DNA of 55,102 bases from an uncultured bacterium (GCA_937903035.1 CALCZP010000003.1:131156-186257); one strand, 5' to 3'. Counted from the stretch's first letter, positions 36,624 through 46,438 are shown. Notes: generated by a model from the sequence alone, not told the origin. Numbers and translations are program-made.

Positions 36624-36642
36624 CGCCAAGTGCGATACATAT

Positions 36643-36719
36643 GCAGACGTAGCTCAACTGGTTAGAGCACCCGCCTGTCACGCGGGAGGTTACGGGTTCA
36701 AGTCCCGCCGTTTGCGCCA
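36643..36719 (+). tRNA. tRNA-Asp, anticodon GUC; CCA encoded
   Basis: Acceptor GCAGACG/CGTTTGC; anticodon arm CCCGC-CTGTCAC-GCGGG; G73 discriminator then CCA. Confidence 0.9.
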
Positions 36720-36722
36720 TAG

Positions 36723-36750
36723 AAAACAACCCTCTGCAGAGGGTTGTTTT
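36723..36750 (+). terminator. intrinsic terminator after tRNA-Asp
   Basis: AAAACAACCCTC-TGCA-GAGGGTTGTTTT. Confidence 0.75.
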
Positions 36751-36798
36751 CGTATAAGCTGGTATACTTGGTATATATCAATAGTTAAAGATCTTTAT

Positions 36799-36945
36799 AT
36801 GCAAAAAGGAAATACAACGAACGCTATCTTGATCATCTTACTTGTTATTGTTGTAGCGCTTGGTGTTTGGTATGTCACGATGAAAAATGAAGAGTCGAAA
36901 GATAAGCCTGCTCTTGAGCTTAACCTTGGAAATAATACAAACTAA
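36799..36945 (+). CDS. small single-pass membrane protein (48 aa)
   Basis: MQKGNTTNAILIILLVIVVALGVWYVTMK... Tandem TGGTATACT and TGGTATATA boxes (36760-36777) lie upstream and a terminator lies downstream. Confidence 0.4.
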   Translation: MQKGNTTNAILIILLVIVVALGVWYVTMKNEESKDKPALELNLGNNTN

Positions 36946-36963
36946 CTTTATACTATAAGCAAC

Positions 36964-36992
36964 AAAATCAGCCATACGAGTGGCTGATTTTT
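36964..36992 (+). terminator. intrinsic terminator
   Basis: AAAATCAGCCA-TACGAG-TGGCTGATTTTT. Confidence 0.7.
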
Positions 36993-37012
36993 GTATGGAG
37001 TGATATTGCAAA

Positions 37013-37021
37013 TGGTATACT
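37013..37021 (+). promoter_or_regulatory. extended -10 box TGgTATACT 6 nt upstream of ATG 37028
   Basis: TGGTATACT at 37013-37021 and ATG at 37028. Confidence 0.45.
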
Positions 37022-37027
37022 ACACAT

Positions 37028-37873
37028 ATGCGATCTCTCCTCTACTCTATAGTGATAATACTGTCTCTTATTGTCTCGGTACGACATGTCTCTGCTGCGC
37101 CAGTGCCACCACTGGTTGTGCGTGCTCCTGCGCTTGCCGTGTACGGATGGAAAGATGGAGTCATGACGGAACTTGCGAGTAAACGCCAGCATTACCTCCA
37201 TCCGATTGCAAGTATTGTAAAGTTGGTGACTGCAAAAGTTGCGCAAGAGCTCTATACAAAAGACGCAATCTTCACGATATCTCCTAAGGCGGTTTCAGTC
37301 TCAGGATCGATCAAGGGTATTGTCCCTGGTGCACAGTTTACTCGTGATGACTTGCTGACGGCGCTTTTGGTCCAGTCTAGTAATGATAGTGCGATGGCAC
37401 TCATGGAGCCAGTCGGCAGTACAACTTTTCTTGCACATATGAATGATTTTATTCATCGCAATCGATATACGATGACATCGTTCATCAACCCGTCAGGGCT
37501 TGATCCTGCAAAGGGGAGTAAACTCGCGCCAAACCGGATGACGCCGTATCACTTGTCTCGGTTGCTCAGCGATATTTATGAACATGATCCATTGATGACT
37601 CGTATTATGGGGCAGTCAAAAGCATATATTACTGATCAGAAAACAGGTGCACAGCTTGAAATCAGAACCAGTAACGGACTATATTTTTTTGATGACTACA
37701 AGGATAAGGTACTGATTGGTAAGACAGGGCTAACTAATAGTGCAAAGGAGAGTATTGCATTTATTACTCCAGGAACAGCCTCATATGACTACATTACAGT
37801 AGTAATTTTGGGGTCTACTGACCGAGTAAGAGATGCAATGGCGGTTCTGGATTGGATCAAACGTACACAATAG
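37028..37873 (+). CDS. serine-type D-Ala-D-Ala carboxypeptidase (S11/PBP5-like)
   Basis: SxxK ASIVK, SxN SSND, KTG KTGLT, and an N-terminal signal/anchor. Confidence 0.85.
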   Translation: MRSLLYSIVIILSLIVSVRHVSAAPVPPLVVRAPALAVYGWKDGVMTELASKRQHYLHPIASIVKLVTAKVAQELYTKDAIFTISPKAVSVSGSIKGIVPGAQFTRDDLLTALLVQSSNDSAMALMEPVGSTTFLAHMNDFIHRNRYTMTSFINPSGLDPAKGSKLAPNRMTPYHLSRLLSDIYEHDPLMTRIMGQSKAYITDQKTGAQLEIRTSNGLYFFDDYKDKVLIGKTGLTNSAKESIAFITPGTASYDYITVVILGSTDRVRDAMAVLDWIKRTQ

Positions 37874-37991
37874 CAATATTGACACAAGAAGTTGCTCGTG
37901 CTATCGTACTATTGTTACTAAATAATTTCTCGATATCTGGTTGTGTATGTTGCACGGTTAATGGTATCGAAAGCAACAAAAAATACACAAT

Positions 37992-39239
37992 ATGGATTAC
38001 AGATACCCAGGTGGCTCAAGTAGTCGCCCTCGTGGCTCGTTTAATGCGGGTCGCCCATCACAGTCACATTTTCGCGGTCGCCCTTCAATGGGTGGTCGTC
38101 CAATGCAGCGTCGCACCCCAAATCGCGGCCGCAAGGATTTCATTGATGAGAACATGTTCATCAACAAAGCTGCCCTTATAGAAGAAGAGGTGTATGTACC
38201 AACGCATATGTTTGCTGATTTCAAAGTCTCACAGATTTTGAAGAATAATATTATTGAAAAAGGCTATATCACGCCGTCCCCGATTCAGGATCAGTCAATC
38301 CCTGTAGCTCTTAGTGGTCGCGATGTGATTGGTATTGCTGGTACTGGTACTGGAAAAACTGCAGCATTTCTTATTCCACTTATCGACAAGCTTTCAAATG
38401 ATCGCACTCGCAAGGAAAAGTTCATGGTGCTTGCACCGACGCGCGAACTTGCTGAGCAGATCGAACTTGAATTCCGAAGCTTTGCTCGCAACTTGAGACT
38501 CTTTAGTGTCTCTTGTGTCGGTGGATCTCCGATTGGGAGACAGATGCGTGAGCTCGAACGTGGAGTCAGTGTTGTTATTGGTACGCCTGGTCGTGTCAAA
38601 GATCTCATTGCTCGCGGTAAGATCATTCCATCAGAATTCCGAAGTGTTGTCCTTGATGAAGCTGACCGTATGCTTGATATGGGATTCATCGAAGATATGC
38701 GTGCAGTACTTGGTGCAATGCCTGCTGATCGTCAGACACTCTTTTTCTCAGCAACATTCTCTCCTGATATTGCTCGTCTCTGCCATGAGTTTCTCAATGA
38801 TCCTGTAACCGTTTCTGTGAAGACTCGTGCAACTTCAGCAAATGTTGATCAGGATGTCGTGCGTGTTCGTCACGCAAGTGAAAAAGTGGACAAGCTCCAT
38901 GACATTCTTAATGATCCTGCATGCGCAAAGGTGCTGGTCTTTTGTGAGATGAAACGAAGTGTTGATCGTCTCCACGAAGAGCTTCGTGCTCGTGGTCTCA
39001 AGTCGATGCCACTTCATGGTGACATGCGCAACCGCGAACGTGCTCGCGCAGTCTCAGCCCTTGCGAAAGGTGAGGTGCAGACCGTGATCGCAACTGACGT
39101 TGCTGCTCGTGGTATTGATATCAGTGACATCACGCACGTGATTAACTTTGATACACCATCAACGTACGACACTTATATTCACCGTATTGGCCGTACCGGT
39201 CGTGGATCGAAGAAAGGAAACGCATTGACTTTTATCTAA
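37992..39239 (+). CDS. DEAD-box ATP-dependent RNA helicase with an Arg/Gly-rich N-terminal extension
   Basis: Q motif, AGTGTGKTAAF, VLDEADRMLD, SAT, HRIGRTGRG. TTGACA-17 nt-TATCGT at 37877-37905 suggests a leader of about 80 nt. Confidence 0.95.
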   Translation: MDYRYPGGSSSRPRGSFNAGRPSQSHFRGRPSMGGRPMQRRTPNRGRKDFIDENMFINKAALIEEEVYVPTHMFADFKVSQILKNNIIEKGYITPSPIQDQSIPVALSGRDVIGIAGTGTGKTAAFLIPLIDKLSNDRTRKEKFMVLAPTRELAEQIELEFRSFARNLRLFSVSCVGGSPIGRQMRELERGVSVVIGTPGRVKDLIARGKIIPSEFRSVVLDEADRMLDMGFIEDMRAVLGAMPADRQTLFFSATFSPDIARLCHEFLNDPVTVSVKTRATSANVDQDVVRVRHASEKVDKLHDILNDPACAKVLVFCEMKRSVDRLHEELRARGLKSMPLHGDMRNRERARAVSALAKGEVQTVIATDVAARGIDISDITHVINFDTPSTYDTYIHRIGRTGRGSKKGNALTFI

Positions 39240-39249
39240 TACTTGTAAG

Positions 39250-39275
39250 AAAAATCCCGCTTTGGCGGGGTTTTT
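39250..39275 (+). terminator. intrinsic terminator
   Basis: AAAAATCCCGC-TTTG-GCGGGGTTTTT. Confidence 0.75.
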
Positions 39276-39333
39276 CCATGAGTTGCTCTTTTTTAGGGAG
39301 ATAGTAGTATAGATTCAAATTAAACTCTTTTAT

Positions 39334-39801
39334 ATGAAAGTATCATTCTTGCATCAATGTTCTGGGCAGGTCTGTATTGGCTCTCGAGGAGAGTATTCGT
39401 TGAAAGCGTGGTTTACTCCGTTTGGATCAACATATGAATCATGCGTAGTTCATAGTGATAAGGGAATAGTACATTTATTATTACTTCTTAAACTTTCTTT
39501 GCTTAAACAACAAAAGCTAATGAAATATGCAGAAATAAAATATCCTTACCCACTAATTCCTCAGACAGCACAAAAGATCGACAACTTGTTCAAGGATGGC
39601 GCATTTGCATTACTGTATCCTATCAGTAGTGAATCCATTTATGCTCGTATCATAACATTGAGAATACCAGCAATTGATACCAGGATTACACCGCCGTATG
39701 TCCAACAAGGAAAAGGACACTCAATGTTTGGTGCATTACAAAATGCGATCCATGCCCCACAGTCCCCACTAGAAATTATTGATGCCTCGATGTTTATCTA
39801 A
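39334..39801 (+). CDS. hypothetical protein (start uncertain)
   Basis: It is the only ORF in an AT-rich gap and is followed by a strong terminator. I recognised no family. The internal MKYAEIKYPY is an alternative start. Confidence 0.35.
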   Translation: MKVSFLHQCSGQVCIGSRGEYSLKAWFTPFGSTYESCVVHSDKGIVHLLLLLKLSLLKQQKLMKYAEIKYPYPLIPQTAQKIDNLFKDGAFALLYPISSESIYARIITLRIPAIDTRITPPYVQQGKGHSMFGALQNAIHAPQSPLEIIDASMFI

Positions 39802-39836
39802 ATCCCTGACATATAAAGCATGTCAGGGATTTTTTT
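39802..39836 (+). terminator. intrinsic terminator
   Basis: ATCCCTGACAT-loop-ATGTCAGGGAT followed by TTTTTT. Confidence 0.75.
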
Positions 39837-39930
39837 CTTGAAAAAAGAGGGATATGTGGTATCTTTGATATGCTTTCTCATATAGACGAAGAACTTTTGA
39901 GGGCGCCGTGTATCATGAGAAAGCCCTATT

Positions 39931-40003
39931 GCCGTTGTAGCTCAGTTGGTAGAGCACGCCCATGGTAAGGGCGAGGTCATCGGTTCAATCCCGATCAACG
40001 GCT
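39931..40003 (+). tRNA. tRNA-Thr, anticodon GGU
   Basis: Acceptor GCCGTTG/CAACGGC; anticodon arm CGCCC-ATGGTAA-GGGCG; T-arm ATCGG-TTCAATC-CCGAT. Confidence 0.9.
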
Positions 40004-40096
40004 CCTGAAATAATTATTGACAAAACAATTAAAAATAAAAATAGTCAAAACTAACCGACACAAATGTGTCGGTTTTGATTTTTGTGGATTTCGTAG

Positions 40097-40102
40097 TACA
40101 AT
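40097..40102 (+). promoter_or_regulatory. -10 box TACAAT 9 nt upstream of the typA ATG
   Basis: TACAAT at 40097-40102 and ATG at 40112. Confidence 0.4.
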
Positions 40103-40111
40103 CACGACCTT

Positions 40112-41911
40112 ATGGAAATTCGAAACATCGCAATCATCGCGCACGTTGACCACGGCAAGACTACACTCACCGACAAAATGTTGGCATTTTGTGGCGAAGT
40201 CATGGACGGCGGCTCAATGGACTCAAACGCTATCGAACAGGAGCGGGGTATCACTATTTATGCCAAGAACACGGCAGTGACCTACAAGGGCACCAAGATC
40301 AACATCGTGGACACGCCAGGTCATGCGGACTTTGGTTCAGAAGTTGAGCGCGTGCTTCGATCTATCGACTCCGTGCTTCTCATCGTGGATGCACAAGAAG
40401 GGCCAATGCCACAGACTCGCTTTGTACTCAAGAAATCACTCGAACTTGGTCTCAAGCCAATCGTTGTTATTAACAAGATCGATAAGCCGGGTGCTGACTG
40501 TGCCCATACCCACGATGCAGTGTTTGAACTCTTTATGGAACTCGGTGCAAACGATGCACAGCTCGACTTTACGACAGTGTACGCAGTTGGACGTGACGGT
40601 GTTGCGATGCGCAATGAAACCGACGAGCGCAAGGACCTTGGACCACTCTTTGACACCATCCTTGAGAAAGTTCCTGTTGCAGAAAATGACACTACCAAGG
40701 CATTTCGTATGCAGGCATTCAACCTCGCGTATGACAACTTCCTCGGACGTCTCGCGGTGGGTCGCGTATATGAAGGTATTGCAAAGATGGGCGACACCGT
40801 ATTTGTTCGCTCACACGATGGTGTTGCTCGTCAGGCAAAGATCACCAAGCTTTTTACCTTCCATGGCTTCACTCGTGAAGAAGCAACCGAAGCGCAGGCG
40901 GGCGACATCGTCATGCTTGCAGGTATTCCAGACATCTTTATCGGTGAGACTATCTCAGCATCTCGTGATGCAGAGCTTCTTCCAGCTATTACGATTGATG
41001 AGCCGACGATCGTGCTCGACTTCTTGGTTAACAACTCACCGTTCGCTGGTAAGGAAGGCAAGTTTGTAACTTCTCGTCAGATTCGTGAACGTCTTGAGCG
41101 CGAGCTTGAAGTGAACGTTGGGCTCAAGGTTGATTTCACTCCTGATCCTGATCGTATTGCAGAAGGCTTCAAAGTTTTTGGTCGCGGTGAAATGCACATT
41201 GCGGTCTTGCTTGAGACCATGCGTCGCGAGGGGTATGAAATCCAAATCTCGCAGCCGCAGGTTATTATCAAGGATATTGATGGGGTCAAGAGCGAACCGT
41301 TTGAAGAAGTCACGATCGATGCACCAGCTGAACACCAGGGTGTCATCATTGAGAAGCTCGGTATGCGCGGATTTATCATGGGCGATATGAAGCTTGCAAA
41401 CACGACTGTACGTATGGTCTTCACCGGTCCAACTCGTGGACTCCTCGGCTACCGCAACCAGTTTCTCGTGGACACCAAGGGTGAGGGGATTATGTCATCT
41501 CGTGTGATTGGCTTCCAGAAATACGCAGGGGAGATCACTCGCCGAAACGTTGGTTCAATGATCTCTATGGAGAATGGCAAGGCACTCGCATTTGCACTCT
41601 GGAGTCTCCAAGATCGCGGTACGCTCTACATCGGTCCACAGACCGAAGTGTATGCAGGTATGGTGATTGGTAACACTTCAAAGGGTGAAGAAATGACCGT
41701 GAACCCGACCAAAGGTAAGCAGCTCACCAACATGCGTGCTAGTGGGTCAGATGAAGCGGTGTCACTAGTGCCCGCATGGAATATGACCATCGAGCGCGGA
41801 CTTGAAGTGATGATGGATGATGAATTCCTCGAAGTCACGCCACTCTCAGTGCGCCTCCGCAAGCAATATCTCACTGATACCGATCGCGCGAAAGCAAAGC
41901 GAAAGTCATAA
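40112..41911 (+). CDS. typA: translational GTPase TypA/BipA
   Basis: [29 protein letters not shown]; EF-G-like domain order; 599 aa. Confidence 0.95.
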   Translation: MEIRNIAIIAHVDHGKTTLTDKMLAFCGEVMDGGSMDSNAIEQERGITIYAKNTAVTYKGTKINIVDTPGHADFGSEVERVLRSIDSVLLIVDAQEGPMPQTRFVLKKSLELGLKPIVVINKIDKPGADCAHTHDAVFELFMELGANDAQLDFTTVYAVGRDGVAMRNETDERKDLGPLFDTILEKVPVAENDTTKAFRMQAFNLAYDNFLGRLAVGRVYEGIAKMGDTVFVRSHDGVARQAKITKLFTFHGFTREEATEAQAGDIVMLAGIPDIFIGETISASRDAELLPAITIDEPTIVLDFLVNNSPFAGKEGKFVTSRQIRERLERELEVNVGLKVDFTPDPDRIAEGFKVFGRGEMHIAVLLETMRREGYEIQISQPQVIIKDIDGVKSEPFEEVTIDAPAEHQGVIIEKLGMRGFIMGDMKLANTTVRMVFTGPTRGLLGYRNQFLVDTKGEGIMSSRVIGFQKYAGEITRRNVGSMISMENGKALAFALWSLQDRGTLYIGPQTEVYAGMVIGNTSKGEEMTVNPTKGKQLTNMRASGSDEAVSLVPAWNMTIERGLEVMMDDEFLEVTPLSVRLRKQYLTDTDRAKAKRKS

Positions 41912-41913
41912 AC

Positions 41914-41945
41914 AAAAAGCCTTCTGTAAAAAAGAAGGCTTTTTT
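41914..41945 (+). terminator. intrinsic terminator
   Basis: AAAAAGCCTTCT-GTAAAAA-AGAAGGCTTTTT. Confidence 0.75.
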
Positions 41946-41981
41946 GCAATAAGATAATTTTTCTGATAAAGTGTCAATACT

Positions 41982-42689
41982 ATGAACGAAAAGCGTCTCA
42001 AAGAATTTTGGAACAAGGAATACAAAGATCCAGGCTTTTTCGCACTCTCTGATGACGTATCAGCGGATCTGGTGAAGTTCACGCGGTGGATGCAAAAGGA
42101 ATACGGCAAGGATGCGATTCGTCCCGATACGTTTGTGCTTGATGCTGGCTGTGGCAATGGTCGCAATTTACTCTGGATGAACGAGGTATTTCGGGTGCGT
42201 GGCTATGGTTATGATGTGTCTGATGAGGCGATCAAACAGGCTGAAGCAAAAGCAATAAAGCAACAATGGGGGAGTAAGCTCACCTTTGAAGTACGATCGA
42301 TTGGAGATTTGATCAATTTGCCGGATGAGAGCGTGGATATCGTGATTGATGCAATGGCAAGTCACTTTTTGAAAAACGTGGAGCGTGCACGGTTTATCAC
42401 CGAAGTTGCGCGCGTCCTCAAGCCACAAGGGGTGATGTTCTTCAAGTCATTCTACGCAGAGCGTGACGCGCATGTAAAAGGACTTTTGGAAAATCATGGC
42501 GCAGGTGAGGAGAATGCCTACATTCATCCCAAGCTTGATGTGTATGAGTACGTTTGGACCGATGCGTCTATCGAGACATCGTTTGGTGAGCAGTTCATCA
42601 CCATGTATAAAGCTGCATCGCACAAACACCACATCAAAGGCAAACCCGCCAAGCGCCGTTCAATTACCTGTTACTTTGAAAAGAAGTAA
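41982..42689 (+). CDS. class I SAM-dependent methyltransferase
   Basis: Motif I VLDAGCGNGRN and post-I acidic GYDVS. TGATAAAGT lies 9 nt upstream of the ATG. Confidence 0.8.
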   Translation: MNEKRLKEFWNKEYKDPGFFALSDDVSADLVKFTRWMQKEYGKDAIRPDTFVLDAGCGNGRNLLWMNEVFRVRGYGYDVSDEAIKQAEAKAIKQQWGSKLTFEVRSIGDLINLPDESVDIVIDAMASHFLKNVERARFITEVARVLKPQGVMFFKSFYAERDAHVKGLLENHGAGEENAYIHPKLDVYEYVWTDASIETSFGEQFITMYKAASHKHHIKGKPAKRRSITCYFEKK

Positions 42690-42726
42690 GAAATAAGGTA
42701 GGATACACCTATTGCAATGTGACAAA

Positions 42727-42799
42727 GCCACCTTAGCTCAGCTGGTAGAGCAACGGTATCGTAAACCGTAGGTCCCGAGTTCGATCCTCGGAGGTGGCT
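42727..42799 (+). tRNA. tRNA-Thr, anticodon CGU
   Basis: Acceptor GCCACCT/AGGTGGC; anticodon arm ACGGT-ATCGTAA-ACCGT; T-arm CCGAG-TTCGATC-CTCGG. CCA is not encoded. Confidence 0.9.
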
Positions 42800-42800
42800 C

Positions 42801-44750
42801 ATGAAAACTACACCACATCCAGACCTCTCAGTGCTCAAAGGCGGCGCACAATTTGAAGGCGTCATCAATATTTCTCCCAAAGGCATCGGTTACGTAAAGA
42901 TTCGTGATCTCGGTGTCACGATCGAGATTCCTCGCGAAGCATTGAACCGGGCATTTCACGGTGATGTGGTGTCTGCAGAAATAGTCACGGTTCTTTCCGA
43001 TATGAATCCCACTGGCAAGGTTGTGGATATTGTTCGTCGCGCAAAGAGTGGCTACAGCGGCACGCTTACATTTCAAAATGGTAACCATTGCCTCGCGACA
43101 AGTGATGGTCGCATGTATACGAGCATCATGATTCCGGGTGACAAGCTTGGCGAAGCAAAGCAGGGTGACAAAGTATTCTGTCGTATTTCTGAGTGGCAGG
43201 ATCCGATGCAGGAGCCAGTTGGTGAGATCGTGCGTGTCCTTGGTAAGCCCCTTGAGAACAATGCCGAGATGCTCTCGCTCGCACTTGAAAAAGGCTTCGA
43301 CAACAAGTATCCCGATGCAGTATGGAAAGAAGCAGAGGCTATCAGCGCTCGTGGTATTCCCGAGGAAGACAAGGCGAGTCGTCGCGACTTCCGTGACAAG
43401 GTCGTCTTTACGATCGACCCTGAAGATGCAAAGGACTTTGATGATGCGATCTCGGTGACATTCCTTCCGGATGGCAACACTGAGATCGGTATTCACATTG
43501 CTGATGTATCACACTATGTTCGCCCAAAAGATGCGATTGATGTTGAGGCGGCAGAGCGTGCAACATCGGTGTACCTTGTTGATCGCACGATCCCAATGCT
43601 TCCTGAAACACTTTCAAATGATCTCTGTAGTCTTAACCCAAACGTTGATCGCCTCACCTTCTCCGCTGTGTTTATCTTTACACCCCAGATGAAAATCGTA
43701 AGTGAATGGTTTGGTAAAACAGTGATTCATTCCAAGCAACGCTATAGCTATGAGAGCGCGCAGCAAGTATTAGATACCAAAGAAGGTCCCTATCTCAAGG
43801 AGCTTGAAGCTGCACTTGCAGTATCAAAATATCTCGAGCAAGAGCGTTTCCAAAATGGTGCGATCTCACTTGATACCCAAGAAGTAAAATTCAAACTCGA
43901 TGAAACAGGTCATCCGATTGGCGTCTACAAAAAGGTCCGTGGTGCAACACATCATATGATCGAGGAGCTCATGCTCTTGGCAAATAGAAAAGTTGCCGAA
44001 CATATCGCGACACGTGAAAGCCATGCTGATGAAGTCTTTGTATATCGTATCCATGATGCACCTGATGCTGATCGCATGGATGATCTTCATATGTTCCTCA
44101 AGCGTGTTGGCTACCATGTTAAAGTTGATGAAAACGGTGTGATCCCATCAAAAGAACTCAACAAGCTCGTCCAATCTCTCGAAGGCAAGCCTGAAAAAGA
44201 AACCATTCAGACAGCCATTGTACGCTCAATGATGAAGGCAATCTACTCAACCAAAAACATTGGTCACTACGGTCTCGCATTCAAATACTACACACATTTT
44301 ACATCTCCGATTCGTCGCTATCCTGACCTTATTGTGCATCGTTTGCTTGAGACGTATCTTGAACATCACAAGATTCCAAAGGAGATGTGGGAGTACTACG
44401 ACAAGGTCTGTTTGCATTCATCGACCCGTGAAAAGGAGGCAGCAGATGCAGAGCGTGCATCGATCAAGTACAAGCAAGTCGAATACATGAGCGATCGCAT
44501 TGGTCAGGTATTTGATGGAGTAGTTACTGGTATTTCTCCAAACGGTATCTTTGTTGAGGACAAGGAAACCAAATGTGAAGGTATGGTTCGTATGCGCGAT
44601 ATTGGCAATGATTTCTTTGAATACAATGATCGCGAGCTTGCGATCATTGGTCGCCGTACTGGTAAAGCATTTCGTATTGGAGATATTGTTCGCTACAAGG
44701 TAATGTCGACTGATATCGAGCGTCGACTCATCGATTACGCATTGGTATGA
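42801..44750 (+). CDS. rnr: ribonuclease R (RNB family 3'-5' exoribonuclease)
   Basis: Cold-shock/OB N-terminus, RNB motifs DPEDAKDFDDAISV and HYGLAFKYYTHFTSPIRRYPDLIVHR, and a C-terminal S1 domain. Confidence 0.95.
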   Translation: MKTTPHPDLSVLKGGAQFEGVINISPKGIGYVKIRDLGVTIEIPREALNRAFHGDVVSAEIVTVLSDMNPTGKVVDIVRRAKSGYSGTLTFQNGNHCLATSDGRMYTSIMIPGDKLGEAKQGDKVFCRISEWQDPMQEPVGEIVRVLGKPLENNAEMLSLALEKGFDNKYPDAVWKEAEAISARGIPEEDKASRRDFRDKVVFTIDPEDAKDFDDAISVTFLPDGNTEIGIHIADVSHYVRPKDAIDVEAAERATSVYLVDRTIPMLPETLSNDLCSLNPNVDRLTFSAVFIFTPQMKIVSEWFGKTVIHSKQRYSYESAQQVLDTKEGPYLKELEAALAVSKYLEQERFQNGAISLDTQEVKFKLDETGHPIGVYKKVRGATHHMIEELMLLANRKVAEHIATRESHADEVFVYRIHDAPDADRMDDLHMFLKRVGYHVKVDENGVIPSKELNKLVQSLEGKPEKETIQTAIVRSMMKAIYSTKNIGHYGLAFKYYTHFTSPIRRYPDLIVHRLLETYLEHHKIPKEMWEYYDKVCLHSSTREKEAADAERASIKYKQVEYMSDRIGQVFDGVVTGISPNGIFVEDKETKCEGMVRMRDIGNDFFEYNDRELAIIGRRTGKAFRIGDIVRYKVMSTDIERRLIDYALV

Positions 44751-45766
44751 AGCCTCGGTTGATCCTTATAGCTGGAATCTTTGCAAGTGTCGCCTATGGC
44801 GTTGTAGCTATTTCGCTCCACTCACTCCCACTCCCAATTTTGTCGGCTTTTTCAGTAGATCGGCCAGTGGTTGAGGCACCACATATGTTCACCATCGGAT
44901 GGGTGGGCGATATGGTTCCTGCAGATGGTACATATAATCAGCAGGCATTGATTGGCGTACAACAACTCACACAAAAGCCAGATCTCATGATTGGAAACCT
45001 GGAAGGAACATTTGCAAGTAAGGGGCGTATTTCAAAATGCACACAACTCATGAGTATGTGCCATGCATTTGCGGGAGATGCGAACTTTGCCGATATACTC
45101 AAGAATGCTGGTTTCGATATGGTAAGTCTCGCGAATAATCATGCCTATGACTTTGGTGAAGGAGGTCTAAAAGAAACACAAGTTGAGCTTGATCGTGTTG
45201 GGTTACCCTACGTTACTATTACAACTGCAGCACAGAGCATGGTAGTCGATAGTAAGCGTGTCGGTGTGCTTGGGCTCTCAGGAACTAAACCGTGGAATAC
45301 CGTGATTGATTATGCATTTATCACACGCGAAGTTGCAAAGCTTCGAGAGATAAATGACATTGTTGTTGTTATTTTTCATGCAGGCGCTGAAGGTGCTGAC
45401 AAGACATCGGTCACAGGCGAGACTGAATATATGGGAGATGAAGATCGTGGCAATGTAGAGCTTCTTGCACACACTGCCATCGATGCTGGTGCTGATCTCG
45501 TCCTTGGTTCAGGTCCGCATGTCTTGCGCAAAGTCGAATGGTATAAAGATCGACTCATTGCATATAGTCTTGGAAACTTTGTCGGTGGTAAGCACCTCTC
45601 AACACATGGCATATTGGGTACGTCCGCAATGATCAGTGTGGCATTTGATATGAAGGGCAGACCTATTAGCTACACCCTTGACTCAATCGTACTATCCCCA
45701 AATGGTACCCCTTCTGTTGATCTAGCTGATGCAGGTAGACTTCTGATTGAAAAGCTCTCACGATAA
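44747..45766 (+). CDS. capA: CapA/PgsA-family metallophosphatase-like protein (copy 2)
   Basis: GWVGDMV, LANNHAYDFG and GSGPHVLR motifs; N-terminal TM segment; ATGA overlap with the rnr stop. Confidence 0.8.
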   Translation: MKPRLILIAGIFASVAYGVVAISLHSLPLPILSAFSVDRPVVEAPHMFTIGWVGDMVPADGTYNQQALIGVQQLTQKPDLMIGNLEGTFASKGRISKCTQLMSMCHAFAGDANFADILKNAGFDMVSLANNHAYDFGEGGLKETQVELDRVGLPYVTITTAAQSMVVDSKRVGVLGLSGTKPWNTVIDYAFITREVAKLREINDIVVVIFHAGAEGADKTSVTGETEYMGDEDRGNVELLAHTAIDAGADLVLGSGPHVLRKVEWYKDRLIAYSLGNFVGGKHLSTHGILGTSAMISVAFDMKGRPISYTLDSIVLSPNGTPSVDLADAGRLLIEKLSR

Positions 45767-45790
45767 AACTCCCTGATATCAGGGAGTTTT
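45765..45790. terminator. bidirectional intrinsic terminator
   Basis: AAAACTCCCTGATATCAGGGAGTTTT between convergent genes. Confidence 0.7.
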
Positions 45791-45799
45791 ATCGTTGTG

Positions 45800-45988
45800 C
45801 TAGAGATTTGTTTTAATAAGTGTTTTGAGGGTTGCAACCACAGTTTCTTTTTCTTTTGCCATCTGTTCCCAAAATGCACGTTCTTCGTCAGTTGATGCTT
45901 CTTTTATATAAGTGTTCGCGATTCGCCAGAGACTCTTTGACTCTTGCGTTAGTTGATTGACAAGGTTATATACATTGTTTGTTTCCAT
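45800..45988 (-). CDS. hypothetical small helical protein (62 aa)
   Basis: METNNVYNLVNQLTQESKSLWRIANTYIKEAS... The start was trimmed from the tracked 85-aa ORF. Confidence 0.4.
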   Translation of the reverse strand: METNNVYNLVNQLTQESKSLWRIANTYIKEASTDEERAFWEQMAKEKETVVATLKTLIKTNL

Positions 45989-46057
45989 ACGGGAAGTATA
46001 ACATTTCTTTGACAGGTGGTTCGAAATACGTATAGTTGAAAGTAAATACTGCTGCAC

Positions 46058-46438
46058 ATGATCCTACATCAACAAAACCTGCGAATTTTGTTAGTTGGAA
46101 AAAAAGAAGATAACCTAGATGAGGAGCAACTACCGTTAAAGATACAAGGTTATGGTGTTGAACGACGTTCTTGTTCTATGGATATAGTTCGCTCTCTCGC
46201 TTCAAACTGGGAACCCGACTTGATAGTATTTGGAAAAAGTATTTGGCCTGGACAGGTATGTATTTTTGCAACATGGCTTGCAGAAGAGCCCTGTTCACAA
46301 AAGCCGTATATTATTTCGAGGTATGTACTACGAACAAAGCTATCCCGTAAATTACGAAAGTCTTATCGTACTTGTATTAGAGAGTTTCAGCGTAGAGTGG
46401 TCCTTACGTTTACAAAATTCGCACACACGCTTACCTAA
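46058..46438 (+). CDS. hypothetical protein, possibly a degenerate receiver-like fold
   Basis: RILLVGKKED...GYGVERR...PDLIVFGKSIWPG resembles a REC domain that has lost its acidic pocket and phospho-acceptor Asp. The similarity is weak. Confidence 0.3.
   Translation: MILHQQNLRILLVGKKEDNLDEEQLPLKIQGYGVERRSCSMDIVRSLASNWEPDLIVFGKSIWPGQVCIFATWLAEEPCSQKPYIISRYVLRTKLSRKLRKSYRTCIREFQRRVVLTFTKFAHTLT

Noticed and set aside
36577-36798. N-terminal two-thirds of the tracked 122-aa ORF 36577..36945.
   Set aside because: This part runs straight through tRNA-Met (3' end), tRNA-Asp and an intrinsic terminator. Only the last 48 codons (36799..36945) are free-standing, and those are kept as a low-confidence small membrane protein.
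40321-41069. Long alternative-frame and antisense ORFs inside typA (248 aa plus strand, 158 aa minus strand). Similar ones occur inside ftsH (6919..7473), rnr (42828..43496, 43073..43480) and smc (51408..52068, 52143..52694).
   Set aside because: Their composition is Ser/Arg/Cys-rich and low-complexity, typical of off-frame translation of GC-richer coding DNA. The overlapping annotated genes have unambiguous family motifs.
42788-42800. GGAGGTGG inside the tRNA-Thr 3' end acting as a Shine-Dalgarno site for rnr.
   Set aside because: Essentially no other gene in the window has an SD, and this sequence is dictated by the tRNA acceptor and T stems. tRNA-punctuated leaderless expression is the more economical reading. 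Whether this organism has an anti-SD is unknown because the 16S 3' end is outside the window.
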